A DNA stretch of 64,000 bases from Minutocellus sp. GHC0000111 (taxonomy: Eukaryota): the NCBI GenBank assembly GCA_977018835.1, contig OZ361261.1:682001-746000 (forward strand), read 5' to 3'. Of the stretch, positions 24,294 to 35,834 are shown one piece after another. The translations under genes and the position numbers were made by a program. The notes below the pieces were generated by a model, which saw nothing but the letters and a program-made list of their open reading frames with translations, did no database searches and was not told the origin of the DNA. Each line of letters begins with the position of its first letter. Position 1 is the stretch's first letter.

Positions 24294-25475
24294 CTAAAAC
24301 ATTACCCTGCGATCGGAGGGTCGACTTCTAAAGACGTCGAGCATGACGTATGGTAACTCCTCCTTCTGTGTGTCGACACAAGTGCTTGTTGCACTACCTC
24401 CCGATGCTGCTGTTGAAGAAGATGATGAGGGCACATCGTACGGGAGCTTCATTCCACCTTCAATTCCAGCCCCAGCACTTCCACCTGCCACGGCCATTGT
24501 AGAGGAAGCCATTGCATCTGCATTGGTAATAGTACTGCTATCAGTGGCATCGGCTACCGCATTGTTCGAAGAAGCAGGTACGAGAATATCGCATGATTTT
24601 TCACCAGACTCGGCAGCAGTCGCCGCAGCGTTGTCCAACAACACATCCAAATCGGCGCGAAGGACGCCACGGGGGATCGGTCCGATGAGGGCAGTCTCCA
24701 CATCACCCTCGGCCGAGATTATGGCCAAATGAGGGATGGCATCGACGCCGAATCGCTCCACGAGGGGCCAGGCCGATCCCTCGTTGGCATTGACCATGAC
24801 AAAGTTGACCTTGCCTTCATATTCCTTCTCGATGGCCTGCAGCGTCGGGGCTGCAAATTTGCAGTTTTCGCACCAGGGAGCCCAAAAGTCCACCACCGTC
24901 GGTCGGCCATTGCGGCCGATGACGTCCAACGGAGCCGAATGGGATTGCATCTCTGCCAAAACCTGAATGGGTGTGACGGGATGCGTGTACTTCCAACCAT
25001 AATTCAATAGTGCGGCGAGGAAGGCCAGGACCGCCACCACAACATTTATACGCTTCTCGACCTTGAGCTTGTTCTCGGCCTCGGTTCGACGTTGCAACCG
25101 TTCTGCGCGTTCCTCTGGTGTTTCGGGCGATAGGCCCGCCTCCCGAAGAATTCTCTCTTGTACGGTCAGACCGTCATCTTCCGTGCTCATTTTGTCGTCG
25201 GCGCTGTCCACATCGTCTGAAGAGGCCGCCGAATTCAGGATATTTCGCACATTGAATGTGTGTGTGCATGCTCGTCTTTGCATTTCACTCGACGGACCAG
25301 TGCGGCGATTGGCAGAGGTACGTGGAGAAGCGCAACCGACGAACGAAGTTGAAGCAGATGGACGCCCGGTCACAACCGCAGGAAATATGAGGAAAGTGGC
25401 TGCCACCACCGCTGTGAAGCCAGCACGTCGCCGCCTCCTCTCCCTCCCATCATCCCCTGGGTTCGAATAACACAT
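24294..25475 (-). CDS. HCF164-like membrane-anchored thioredoxin
   Basis: PTVVDFWAPWCENC...FGVDAIPH, preceded by a TM helix (INVVVAVLAFLAALL). Start may be 25475 or 25577. Confidence 0.85.
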   Translation of the reverse strand: MCYSNPGDDGRERRRRRAGFTAVVAATFLIFPAVVTGRPSASTSFVGCASPRTSANRRTGPSSEMQRRACTHTFNVRNILNSAASSDDVDSADDKMSTEDDGLTVQERILREAGLSPETPEERAERLQRRTEAENKLKVEKRINVVVAVLAFLAALLNYGWKYTHPVTPIQVLAEMQSHSAPLDVIGRNGRPTVVDFWAPWCENCKFAAPTLQAIEKEYEGKVNFVMVNANEGSAWPLVERFGVDAIPHLAIISAEGDVETALIGPIPRGVLRADLDVLLDNAAATAAESGEKSCDILVPASSNNAVADATDSSTITNADAMASSTMAVAGGSAGAGIEGGMKLPYDVPSSSSSTAASGGSATSTCVDTQKEELPYVMLDVFRSRPSDRRVMF

Positions 25476-25702
25476 CTTGCCACGCTTTTGGGAGATCGCG
25501 TCCTTGAATCGTCCTTGACCGGTCGACTTCCATCCAGTACGAGAGGCGATATGTTTTTTTTGTGTATGTCGTCGCATATGTCGGCGAACTTTTACTGTAC
25601 TTCGCCCAAGGGACCAAGCTTCGCCGACAGACCAACGTCAGCGGCCATGGCGCTGTTCTTGAAGTGAGTACCCGCCGACGCTGCCTCCCCACATGTACTA
25701 AA

Positions 25703-26650
25703 ATGGCACGCCGAATCGCCGCCGTCCTTGCCTTTGTGGCAGTAGTGTTTGCTGTGGCCGAGGCGTTGCAATCAGGTGCGCCGCCGACGAGAAATTCTCT
25801 TTCCATACGGACAAGCACTGCTATCAATGCCAATCCCCTCCCCTTGGCAATCACAAGGGTCCAGAAGGATGGTCAAAATGACATGCAGGATGTCTCCAAG
25901 ATGTGCGTGGAGGTATTTTTCAACGAGGACAATTCCTCCAGCCTGCCCCGGCAGATGCAGCTGGCATACCTGCGCAACCTCCAATACGGAGATCTGCGCA
26001 TGAAATTTTTTACCAGCGATGCCGAGAGTGATTTGTTCATGGCCCGCCAGGTCATTCCGACCTCCCAAGCACCGTCCGTTCGAGCCAAACCTTTGGACGT
26101 TAGAAAAACCAAGATCTACAACACAAAATATTTGGACAATTCGAAGGACGATGACTTCGTTTTGGGGGATGTCTTAGGCTTTGTAGAAGTAACCGAGAAG
26201 AGATTTCGGCTGGGTGAGCAATATGAATCGACGGGGACGTTCATAGAGGGTGACGATGAGCGGTTGCGAGATGTACGGCCTTTCCTATCGAACCTCTCGG
26301 TAAGGGAGGATGCACGAAAGAGTGGCGTGGGATCTGCGCTTGTTGATATGTGCGAAGATGCCATCCAACAATGGCCGAGACAGTACAGTGAAATCGTGCT
26401 GCAAGTTGAAGACGAGAATAAGCTGGCGCGAAAATTTTACGAAAAGCGGGGCTATACGGCATTGTTTGCCGACCCAGCTTGTAGGCGATTCGATACGAAT
26501 GGATTGATATTACGGCGAGTCCCAACAACAAAAGTTGCCATGAGAAAATTGCTTGGAAGTCGAAGAAGGAAACAGTCCTCATCGCCAAGCAACACCCCTT
26601 TCTTTATGGATGTCGTTGACAATTTAAAACAGCTTGTTGGAAGTAAGTAA
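25703..26650 (+). CDS. GNAT-family acetyltransferase with signal peptide
   Basis: LSNLSVREDARKSGVGSALV (motif A) and LQVEDENKLARKFYEKRGY (motif B); MARRIAAVLAFVAVVFAVAEA signal. Confidence 0.85.
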   Translation: MARRIAAVLAFVAVVFAVAEALQSGAPPTRNSLSIRTSTAINANPLPLAITRVQKDGQNDMQDVSKMCVEVFFNEDNSSSLPRQMQLAYLRNLQYGDLRMKFFTSDAESDLFMARQVIPTSQAPSVRAKPLDVRKTKIYNTKYLDNSKDDDFVLGDVLGFVEVTEKRFRLGEQYESTGTFIEGDDERLRDVRPFLSNLSVREDARKSGVGSALVDMCEDAIQQWPRQYSEIVLQVEDENKLARKFYEKRGYTALFADPACRRFDTNGLILRRVPTTKVAMRKLLGSRRRKQSSSPSNTPFFMDVVDNLKQLVGSK

Positions 26651-26690
26651 CAAGGGTGGTTATGAATTAACTACTAGCTAGCTATGGATC

Positions 26691-28494
26691 TTATTGATCT
26701 TCGTCGCGGACTTCTCGATTCCTTTGCGCAAGTGCTTTTCCTGCCGCCGCCCTTCTCTTGCGAGCCCCTGCTTCGTCAAAGGCTGCTTCGGCAGCAATCT
26801 TGTATAGCTCATGAAAGGTTACGGCAGAATAGAGGCTGTTTCGAACCTCATCAATTGTCTGCTGTGACTTGACCAGTTGCATTCCGTAGTGGACCAGTTC
26901 GCACGCCGCTTCGCCGCAAATGTGAACTCCAAGTATGCGACCAGAAGTCTTACTGTAGACCAGCTTTAGCAGACCATCTGGGGCAAATACGCGGCCTCGC
27001 AAACACTCACAATACAACGCGACTGCTTCGCCAATCTCCTCTCCCAACTCTAGTGATTCAGCCTGTTCCCACGTCACTCCATATGTCGCGACTTCTGGGC
27101 TGGTCCAGACGCCTGTGGGGAAGGCAAATGGATTGCTGGCCAATGATGCCGGGTCAAACGAGCTGCCAGCTTGTGCTGCTCCATCCACCACACAAGCAGC
27201 ATCGCCATCTTCACACTCTCCAGTAACCGAGGGTGAATCAAAAAATATGCTATTAGCCGCTGCCTGTGCCTGGGCACATCCCGTCGATGCAAGGAAAGGG
27301 CGCCCAACGACATCTCCGGCCGCATAGACCCCCGGAGCTGTCGTTTGCATATCGGAACCTACAAGGACTCCTCCATACGCATCCATCTCGATGGAATCTG
27401 GCAAATTGAGACTCTGTGTGTTTGGAGCGCGTCCGACTGCAGCCATATACACATCACATTTGATCTCATCAGCGACGCCCGTGGGTAGCTTGCCCCCACC
27501 TTTGGCTTCGAGCTTCAATTTCACTGGTGGCCGAATACCATTCTTTTCATCTTCTGCTGTGGGCACGGTAAATTCAGAAACTTGAGCGCCCTTGATAATC
27601 TTGATGCCAGATCGAATGAGCGCCGCCACGAGCACAGCGGCCACGTCCTTGTCAAGTCCAATCTTCATCAATGCGTTGCGAGGAACCTGATCTCGAATAA
27701 TTAAAGTCACGTCTGCCCCAAGGTTGCGCAAGATCTTCGCATATTCTATCGCTATGATGCCGCTGCCAGTAATAGCGATGCTTTTCGGAAGGAATTTCAA
27801 TCCATTGATACTATCAGAGTCAAAAATTCGTCTTCCATCGAAAGGAATACCCGGGGGATGGAACGGTTTGCTCCCAGTGGCCAATAATATCTTATCCGCC
27901 ACAATTTCTCGTTCTCGCCCACACTCTTCCTTCACAACGAGTGTGTCAGTTTCTCCTGAATCCTCAAACTGAGCTAAACCCTCCATGTACTCGACTCCCA
28001 CCATATCGAGTTGACGAAACACGTCCTGGGCATTTGACGATGCCATATCTACGCATGAGCTCAAGATTTCATTCCAAACCGAGTCTTCGCGCAGCCCCAT
28101 CCCCCGCAACGTTGACACCTTGATTCGTTTGCCGGTCGCGCAAGGCCTTGCTAAACAAGCCTGTCGGTCCGCCGATACTCAGGTCCTCTTTGGTGGCTTC
28201 ATTGTACAATACTCCTGATTCCTTCGGAGCATCAATCAGGACGACATTCCTATCCTTGTTTTGCTGCTTTGCAACAAGAGCTGCCTGCACCCCAACGATG
28301 CCTCCACCGAGGACAGCGAGATCGTATCTGCTTGCGCTTGGCTCATCCTTTGCAAACAACTGCGAAGACGACGTGAGATGTGATGAGACCACCGCCCGGC
28401 GTCGTGACTGAGGGCTCACAAAGGCATTGGCATTAAATACAGAGGAAAGGGTCAAGACGAGGCACAGCGCTCGCGACGGTGAGCAGGACGTCAT
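26691..28494 (-). pseudogene. SthA-like pyridine nucleotide-disulfide oxidoreductase family flavoprotein, probably plastid-targeted; frameshift near 28135
   Basis: YDLAVLGGGIVG, SKALR without the CxxxxC pair, LLATGSKP, GSGIIAIEYA, VYAAGDVVG. Frame changes at gac|c ggc aaa cga atc aag gtg tca. N-terminus is signal plus NAF. Confidence 0.8.
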
Positions 28495-28643
28495 GGTTCG
28501 GTGGGCTGGTCTGACGAATGACGCAACCCTGCAAACCTGCAAGCCACTCCCAGATGGCGAAATCGGTCTGGCCGACGAACTGGCATCCGTGTCGGGCAAG
28601 CAAGTCAAATCTGCATATAGAGTAACTCATCCTTACCTTGGCC

Positions 28644-29655
28644 ATGGCGCCCAACGGAGCCAGCTACAAAGCGGTTCCCGCCGAGCACCTGGAAGTCGAC
28701 ATCAACGATATAGATGACGGCAATTCATCCCCAAGATGCTGCTTTCCCCTGAGTTGGCAAATTTGTACTTCTGCCTTCGTCCTGGGCTTGATTGTCTTGC
28801 TGGCTACTACAAACGTTTCACCAACGAAGACACGCCAATATCTCGATGACATGGAAATCTCAACTTGTCCCCAGATGATTTGGAGTGATGAATTTGACAA
28901 AGTGGAATTGGATGCATCGAAATGGGCATGCATATTAGGCGATGGATGCGATGTTGGACTATGTGGCTGGGGAAACAACGAGCTGGAGGTTTACACCAAG
29001 GACTCCAAGAATATCAGAATCGAAGATGGAAAGTTGGTGATTGAAGCTCACATTGCCAACTCTACAGAGAATAGTGACATTGAAAAATCTCCATCCACAA
29101 GAAAATACACATCGGCCAAGATAGCATCCCAAAGATTGGCAGAATTTGCGACTGTTGGCAGAAGATTCGAAGCCAGCATAAAGTTGCCACAGGGAAAGGG
29201 AATCTGGCCGGCCTTCTGGATGCTTCCTTCCAAGGATCGATTATACTTGGTCGCTTCCTGATGGTGCTACGATAGTGAATGGTCAGGGAAGCAACACAGT
29301 ACAAATTTCATTTGGCGAAAAAGAAGGCATAATTTCTGTGCAACGAAAGCCAGCAGTCGACAGATATGTAGAAGAAGACGGTGATTGTATTCGGCCAATA
29401 AGCGCAGGAATACGAGTCAGAGTGTTCTCAACAGACGACAAACACAACAAAAAGTTCGACTTTGATTGTGGTTGCCCAGATGACTGTACTCCTTATATAC
29501 TAAATCGCGTCGCGGGCGTGGATTACACATGCGGAGAGAGAATAGCATGGTTGATTCGTCAGGGTGATGAAGAGGCCGAAGCCTGCAAGAAAATAAGCGT
29601 TGATGAATACAACGGGCATTGTGGATCTTGCAATCCAGATCGGTGTAGATACTAG
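28644..29655 (+). pseudogene. GH16 beta-1,3-glucanase, copy 1, inactivated by a 506 bp deletion
   Basis: Matches 54028-55545 but lacks 54627-55132, including the EIDIME catalytic motif; frameshifted at ~29242. Confidence 0.93.
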
Positions 29656-29701
29656 CTACGTAAATGACCTGCTCTAGCTACGTAGTATTTACATCCCTTT
29701 C

Positions 29702-30960
29702 TCATTTTTTAGAAAATAGCCCTAACAGAAACTTTCCCATGTCTTCCTGCGCCGTTCCCTCAATTTGAGCAGTCACCGTCCCATATTTTTCTTGAAGCAT
29801 TGACGGAACATGCTGTCTTGGTCGGTAGAAGAGAGGCGTGCTCAATCGATTGCTTCCTTTTGATGCGATGACTCTGTGAATGGTAGCTGGAATTCTACCC
29901 ATCGAAAGTAATTCCAACCATTTCCCTGCCATTATCACAGCATACTTGTAATGCTCAGTCGAAACTTTGTCAACAGCCTCGGGTCTAATCCAAGTTGAAA
30001 ATTGAGAATTCCACATTTCCAGACCAGGTACAGCAGAAAGAGGAACCAGAGTCAGAATACTCCAGTCGGTGTGAGCTCTCAGAGTTTCCCTTTCATCCAA
30101 GCTCTCATCTCTGGGAAGCGAAGAATAATAGCAAATTCTTTGCGTGGTGCAAGATAGGGAGCTGTCTTCTTTGCCGTATTGTTCGCTCACTTGACCACTG
30201 TCAGGCAAAAGGGTCATTAGGTCATCTATTGCCGAGGTATCTGTCATTGATGCCTTGAGGAGAGCTGTTGTTGTCAGTCGGCCAATGTTTTCAAGTAGAT
30301 TGTATGCCGTCGATAAAACAGCTTTCTTCTTATCTTTGCCGAACGCATTTTCAATACCATCATCAGGAAGCAACACAAAACTTCCATCGCATCGAACCCT
30401 TGTTGTTTCGATATATTTGTAGCCACTGGAGTCTGTATCGGCAGTTGCATCATCCCTCACCAGAACCTGATGCCGAAGCGGTATGCGATCTAGAGTAAAT
30501 ATTTCTTCAGCACACTCCCAGAGGTCGCCCATGATTTTGGCATCATCTTCCTTGAGCTTAAGAAGGAAGTATCCATTGGCGAGACCATGCTCAATCTCAT
30601 AACTACTCTCACTTCGGCTGGTGGATCCAGCCAGCTTTTCTATGTAACACAATGGACAAGTGACAGCCTCAGTTCTTCAGGTACTATAGTTGAACTGGTA
30701 TTTCCATTTTCTTGGGCGTGTGCAATCCTATCCGACACCTCATCCTCGAACTGACGAAAGGGAGAGAGACTGGGAGATGATGATTCTCTGCTACATTTGA
30801 CACCCTCATTTTTGCTGCCCAGAAGTGGAGCCATCAAGAGAGGGTGCCGAGGCCTGACCGGCAGCGTTCTGGAGCAGAAACCGTCAGATGGGAGTAAGCG
30901 ACCTTGATAAATGGCAAGTGCTGTCGCTACTGCGACGAATCGATCCCTACTTCTCAACAT
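29702..30960 (-). pseudogene. 2-oxoglutarate/Fe(II)-dependent oxygenase; N-terminal signal region out of frame near 30645
   Basis: RAHTDWS...IHRV...RLS facial triad and RxS motif. The upstream frame (MLRSRDRFVAVATALA...) ends in TAG overlapping the main frame. An unrecognised intron is not excluded. Confidence 0.7.
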
Positions 30961-31107
30961 GGTTGTGCAAGATTTGGTTCCTTGATTATGCATGCGATGG
31001 AAAACAATCTTTCGGCTCAGTGCGGCGGCGTCTGTCCTCCCACCACTCCCATCGGCGACGACCGACGACCGCACATTCCTAGATTCCTCTTCAAATAAAT
31101 AGCAACA

Positions 31108-33456
31108 ATGAAAGGATACGACGAGGCCGAGAAGAACGTCGGCATCACTGCTTATGTGTCACCCGATGCACTTGGATTTGCTGCAGTGTCCAAGGCACGA
31201 TACTCTGATTTCTTGGTCCGAGAAGTGGACGTCGATGGCAATGTCGCACGCCTCACATCTCTCGAGAACAATCTGAAAGATGAAGAAGAAGGTAGGCCTA
31301 GCGAGGAGCCTGCCGCTGGTGATAAACGGGGTTCCGAGGATGCTCCGCAAGAAGCCTCAGAAGAGGGCAGCACCAAGAAGGCCAAAATAGAAGACGGAAG
31401 TTCGAAGGATACGTCGACGCTCTCCAACGAGGAAAAGCTCAAGGAGGCTGAGACGAAATTGACGCCGCTGGTCGGGGAGGAGGCTGCCAAGGGTGCGGTG
31501 GCCATGCTTCGATCCTGGGAGGACAAGAGTTCCACCGATGCCACTGCCGTCCCTGATATGCCCAAAAAATTCACATTTCCCTTGATTGATGACAAGGATA
31601 AGAGGAGGGCTATCCATCAATTGATTCGGTCGGATGTTATCGCACCGTTTGCCTTGGCCGATACCATCGACAAAAAGGTTCGCATCTGGCACAAGCGGTT
31701 CGAGAAGGAGATGCCAAATTATGGCAATTTTGCGCGTGATGGACGAGGAGGTAGCGGAGGCCGAGACAATAATAGGGGCGGCAACAAGAAGAAGTGGCCA
31801 GCGGATCGACCAAACTTTCTTCGATTCGTTCTGTACAAAGAGAACATCGATACAGGAACGGCTGTCAAGGAGATATCTCGAATGCTTGGCTCGGGTGGTG
31901 GCGGCCGTGGAGGAGGAAGAGGTGGCAGGGGCGGTAGAGGTGGTCGGGGAGGAAGGAACGACTCAGCCACTGTCAATTATGGTGGCATGAAGGACAAGCG
32001 AGGCGTTACCGCTCAGTACTGCACCATCTATAGAAGAAATCCCGATGATTTGCTTCGCTTGAACACGTTCTCATCGTCGCGTGGAGCTGGGTGTGGTGGT
32101 GGATCAACTGGTGGTGCTGCTCTGATGAAGGTGGGACATTTTTCTTATGTGAATGATTCTATGGGTCTGGGATCGTTGGGCGGCAATAGGTTTGACCTTG
32201 TCCTGAGAAATGCATGGTTGGACAACGATGACGACCAAGGCAATGAAGATCGCATTGCAAAGACAAAGTCCGTTTTGGAAAGTGCCGCCCATGCTTTTCA
32301 GACGCATGGATTTATTAACTACTTTGGTATGCAACGCTTTGGCAGGTACTACGACACACACATGGCAGGCCTAGAGGTAATCAAGGGCAATTATGAGGAG
32401 GCGATTACCATTATCATGCGGCCTAAGAGCGACGAGAACAATCGTTTCACTGATGCTCGCCGGCGATGGGAGAATCGTTTCGAAGGAGTTGATATGTCAG
32501 ACGAAGATGCAGTGCGTGAGGCAGAAAAAAAGGCCGCACAGTCTGTCTTGCGCGATTTGGGCAGATTTATGAACTGCGAAGTATCTCTCATGCACGCTCT
32601 TTCACGAAGACCTCGAGATTACAAGCGCGCGTTTCAGTCTATCGCCAAGAACACGCGCTCAATGTTTGTACACGCCTTCCAGAGCTACTTGTTCAACCGA
32701 GCGGCATCACACCGCGTTGAAGCGGGGGGAAAGAAGGAGGTTATGATAGGAGACCTCGTCTTGACCGAGGATAAGTCACTTGCTGAGGGTGGTAGCGGTA
32801 CGAGTGGGCTAAAGGGCAAGGCTGTTAAAGTGCTCACTGAGGAGGACATTGTGAGTGGAAAATACAACATTGGCGATGTCGTTCTTCCTCTTGCGGGAAC
32901 GAAGATTCAATATCCCGAGAATAGCACCGGCGCATACTACGATGAAGTGCTAGGTGAATTCGGCGTCACGAAGGAGGACCTCAAGAGGCTATCCGATCGA
33001 GACATATCTCTACCCGGAGACTACCGCCGCCTCCTTTGCATCCCTTCTGATACTACGTTTGAAGTCAAGGTCTACGAAGATCCCCTCCAGCCCCTACTCG
33101 AGACAGACTTGATGAAAATAAGTGCCAAAACAATGGATGAAAAGGCTTCAAGCGAAGCGGGTGGCGCCAAGGGAGATGAGAAAGAAGAAAATGCCGCTAC
33201 CAGCGAGAAGTCCAGCCCAGAGAAGAAGGAGGAAAACCAACTCATTGGTATGGTTGTCGGCTTTACTCTGCCACCCTCCTCTTACGCCACAATTGCTCTA
33301 CGCGAGCTTATGAAGAAACCCACGTCCGCAGATTACCAACGGCAACTTCAATCGAGCGGAAAATGCGAAAGTACCTTGAACAACGGCGACGATGATGAGA
33401 GCGGCACAAAACCATCAGAAAAGAAGGACGATCCATCGGGTGGAAACGCTAGCTAG
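31108..33456 (+). CDS. PUS7: Pseudouridine synthase TruD/PUS7 family
   Basis: KARYSDFLVREV, LYKENIDT, GMKDKRGVTAQ (catalytic Asp), GNRF, NYFGMQRFG, GDYRRL, FTLPPSSYATIALRE. Confidence 0.93.
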   Translation: MKGYDEAEKNVGITAYVSPDALGFAAVSKARYSDFLVREVDVDGNVARLTSLENNLKDEEEGRPSEEPAAGDKRGSEDAPQEASEEGSTKKAKIEDGSSKDTSTLSNEEKLKEAETKLTPLVGEEAAKGAVAMLRSWEDKSSTDATAVPDMPKKFTFPLIDDKDKRRAIHQLIRSDVIAPFALADTIDKKVRIWHKRFEKEMPNYGNFARDGRGGSGGRDNNRGGNKKKWPADRPNFLRFVLYKENIDTGTAVKEISRMLGSGGGGRGGGRGGRGGRGGRGGRNDSATVNYGGMKDKRGVTAQYCTIYRRNPDDLLRLNTFSSSRGAGCGGGSTGGAALMKVGHFSYVNDSMGLGSLGGNRFDLVLRNAWLDNDDDQGNEDRIAKTKSVLESAAHAFQTHGFINYFGMQRFGRYYDTHMAGLEVIKGNYEEAITIIMRPKSDENNRFTDARRRWENRFEGVDMSDEDAVREAEKKAAQSVLRDLGRFMNCEVSLMHALSRRPRDYKRAFQSIAKNTRSMFVHAFQSYLFNRAASHRVEAGGKKEVMIGDLVLTEDKSLAEGGSGTSGLKGKAVKVLTEEDIVSGKYNIGDVVLPLAGTKIQYPENSTGAYYDEVLGEFGVTKEDLKRLSDRDISLPGDYRRLLCIPSDTTFEVKVYEDPLQPLLETDLMKISAKTMDEKASSEAGGAKGDEKEENAATSEKSSPEKKEENQLIGMVVGFTLPPSSYATIALRELMKKPTSADYQRQLQSSGKCESTLNNGDDDESGTKPSEKKDDPSGGNAS

Positions 33457-33640
33457 TAGCATCTGAAAGAGATAGATAAATAAATCTATATTTACTTGTC
33501 CTTATGTGCTCCTCCTTTATTGTTTGAGTATCTCGCATCTCAACATCGACGTACATACATAAAAACTATGTTCAGAACTTTATGCATCTTTGCTTTGATT
33601 GAACCCAATTCTTGACACACATACACGACGATATCAATTA

Positions 33641-34310
33641 TTAGCTAGCTCCAGTCGGTGGTGCAGGTGGGGGAGGACCTGCTGCAGCAGCTGCAGCTGC
33701 CGCGGCTGCTTGTTGCTGCGCCTGTGCCCTCGCGGCAAATCGTGCCGATCGCGAGGAGGGTTTGAGAATTTGGAACGAGCACATGAGCTCATCATCAACC
33801 GAAATCATGCCACCGGCATTGTCGAACTCTCCGCAGTAGTTGGGGGCCGAGAACAAAGTTACGAGTCTCCTACCAGCAAAGAACTGTGACATGATTTCGA
33901 ATAGATGCAAGGGAAGGGAAGAGATTCAGTTGGCGAATGAAATAAATCGCAGAGGGTGAATTTGGCTAGCTCGAGTCGCATGTAACAAAAGGGAACAACT
34001 TACCTCATATCCATCCTCTACAACCTGATGAGCACGAACGATGAGGTCCAAATCATGCCGTTCCAAAAAAGCCGCCACGACGTCGGCGCCAAACACAGAG
34101 GAAACACCCCGATCGTTCTCCGCCCACCCATTAACGCTGGTGTCGGGATCACTCCACAAAAGGTCGCACATGAGACCGACGTCGGGGACGTCACATGGAC
34201 GTTGGAGGTTGGCAATCTGACTGAGAGCCTCCATTTCTGGACTGAGTCCACCGTGCATGCACAGAATCTTCTCATCGACGAGGGCCGATACCGGCAGGCA
34301 GTTGAAGACC
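33641..34310 (-). pseudogene. Ser/Thr protein phosphatase PP1 catalytic subunit, 3' fragment cut by the repeat junction
   Basis: [50 protein letters not shown]. Intron 34003-33884. GDxHG/GDxVDRG/GNHE region is absent. Confidence 0.92.
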
Positions 34311-34902
34311 TCACGCAAAGGTGCCCGTCGACTGCTGTGTCTTCGATCGGGTTCTGCTTTTCATTGCCTCGATGCTGTTCCCCAACGAACAAAAGTTTGC
34401 ACTTGACCTGAGCGAGGTGAACGTCCTAGCCGATGCGGCCGAGGAGCTTGGTCTGCAGGCCCTTGCCGATTTGTGCGGTTTTCAGTCATCTTCTTTCGAC
34501 TCTCGTTTTCGCAAAGACAATTACATTCGCTACGCTGAGGTAGTCAAGCGGAACAACGAAAACAATGAACTCCTAATTATTATGGACGGGATGGTGCTGG
34601 ACATTTCTAGGTGGATTGACGAGCACCCTGGTGGCCCATCAATTATCCCAACTCAAGCATTGAACATTGACTGCACCATATTTTTTGAGATGTATCACGC
34701 ATCAAGACAATCCTTTTTGTACCTGAAATCCTTCTACATTGGCGAGCTAGCCCCAGAAGATGCTGCAACATTGAGGAGTAGCGCAAAGGGCGCACTGGCA
34801 GGGGCATCGCAGGGATTCCTTGACGCGCTTCGATCATATACAAGAGAATGGAGAGTTCAGATAAAGGAACATCAAGGCGAGAGAGTACATAAAAGTTTAT
34901 AA
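34309..34902 (+). pseudogene. 3' fragment of the BTB/cytochrome b5 gene (copy 2)
   Basis: Matches 7553-8146 with four substitutions; lacks the native start. Confidence 0.9.
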
Positions 34903-35834
34903 AAGGTGGAGGAGTGTACATGTAGGGTCGAGCAAGCAAAAGAAACGTTCATCAGCATCAAGATAATCATAGTTACACATGGAGACTCCAGAGTCAGTCT
35001 AATCACATACACGTAGATTAGTGATTGCAACATGTAAATATTGTGTGACACATGCATGTTAGTAGATCTAGATCTAACAGTCCTGCATGTACTACACGTA
35101 GCTTACACAATGTACAAGTACGGCTGTAGTAGGAATTCCTAGGGCTCTAGGCCTAGCTAGCTAACTACGTAGTGTAGGCCTCTAGAGACCTCTAGCTAGC
35201 TACGTAGCTAGTCAGTAGAGTGCCGAATGGAAACCTGCATGTAGACTACCGGTACGAGGTCGCGGACAGCAGTTTCAGGGACCCGGTTTTCGGGTCTTTG
35301 GGCAAAATCTCATAAAAATCAGCACAAACGCACGCAGCTTGCAGCATTTATTTGCTATCATCCTGTCTTCAAGATGGCGGTGACGGCAGTGCCGACGGCA
35401 TCCGCTTCACGCAAGGGATAAGCGTGGTATCTCCAGAACGGGTTGGTCCTTGACCTTGGACCGACTCGGAGATATCGATTTCATCTTCCCATGCCAGCGT
35501 CTGGCCGATTCACCCCATCCATCGCCCCTCCCGACTTCTGCCAGTTTTTCCGATGACAACCGGTCACCTCCTCCACCTCCCGACCCCACCACCACCTCCC
35601 AAATGCATTGATTCAAGTAGCCATATGGTTTGAGCTCCGATATCGGTCTCCATGGTCCCCATAATGGCGTATCTTATGCGGTCCGGGTGACCCCGCGCCA
35701 AAATCGAGCGGGCCAAAAAAATCATCACCCGCCCGGCGCGCCCGCCACTCAATGAAACCTTCCTCATTTCCAACCCACCCGACATACAAACTGTTGCTCT
35801 ACTGCCACAAAATACTGCATCCAACACCATATTA

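Larger units (their letters stand above)
7553..34308 (+). repeat. Tandem segmental duplication, copy 1 (26,756 bp)
   Basis: Sequence from cctcacgcaaagg (7553) recurs at 34309; ORFs recur at offset 26,756 (e.g. 9079 to 35835). Confidence 0.97.

Noticed and set aside
7553..34308. The 27 kb unit as a giant transposon mobilised by the mariner
   Set aside because: Unit ends are ~950 bp and ~21 kb from the TIRs, with no terminal repeats or TSD.
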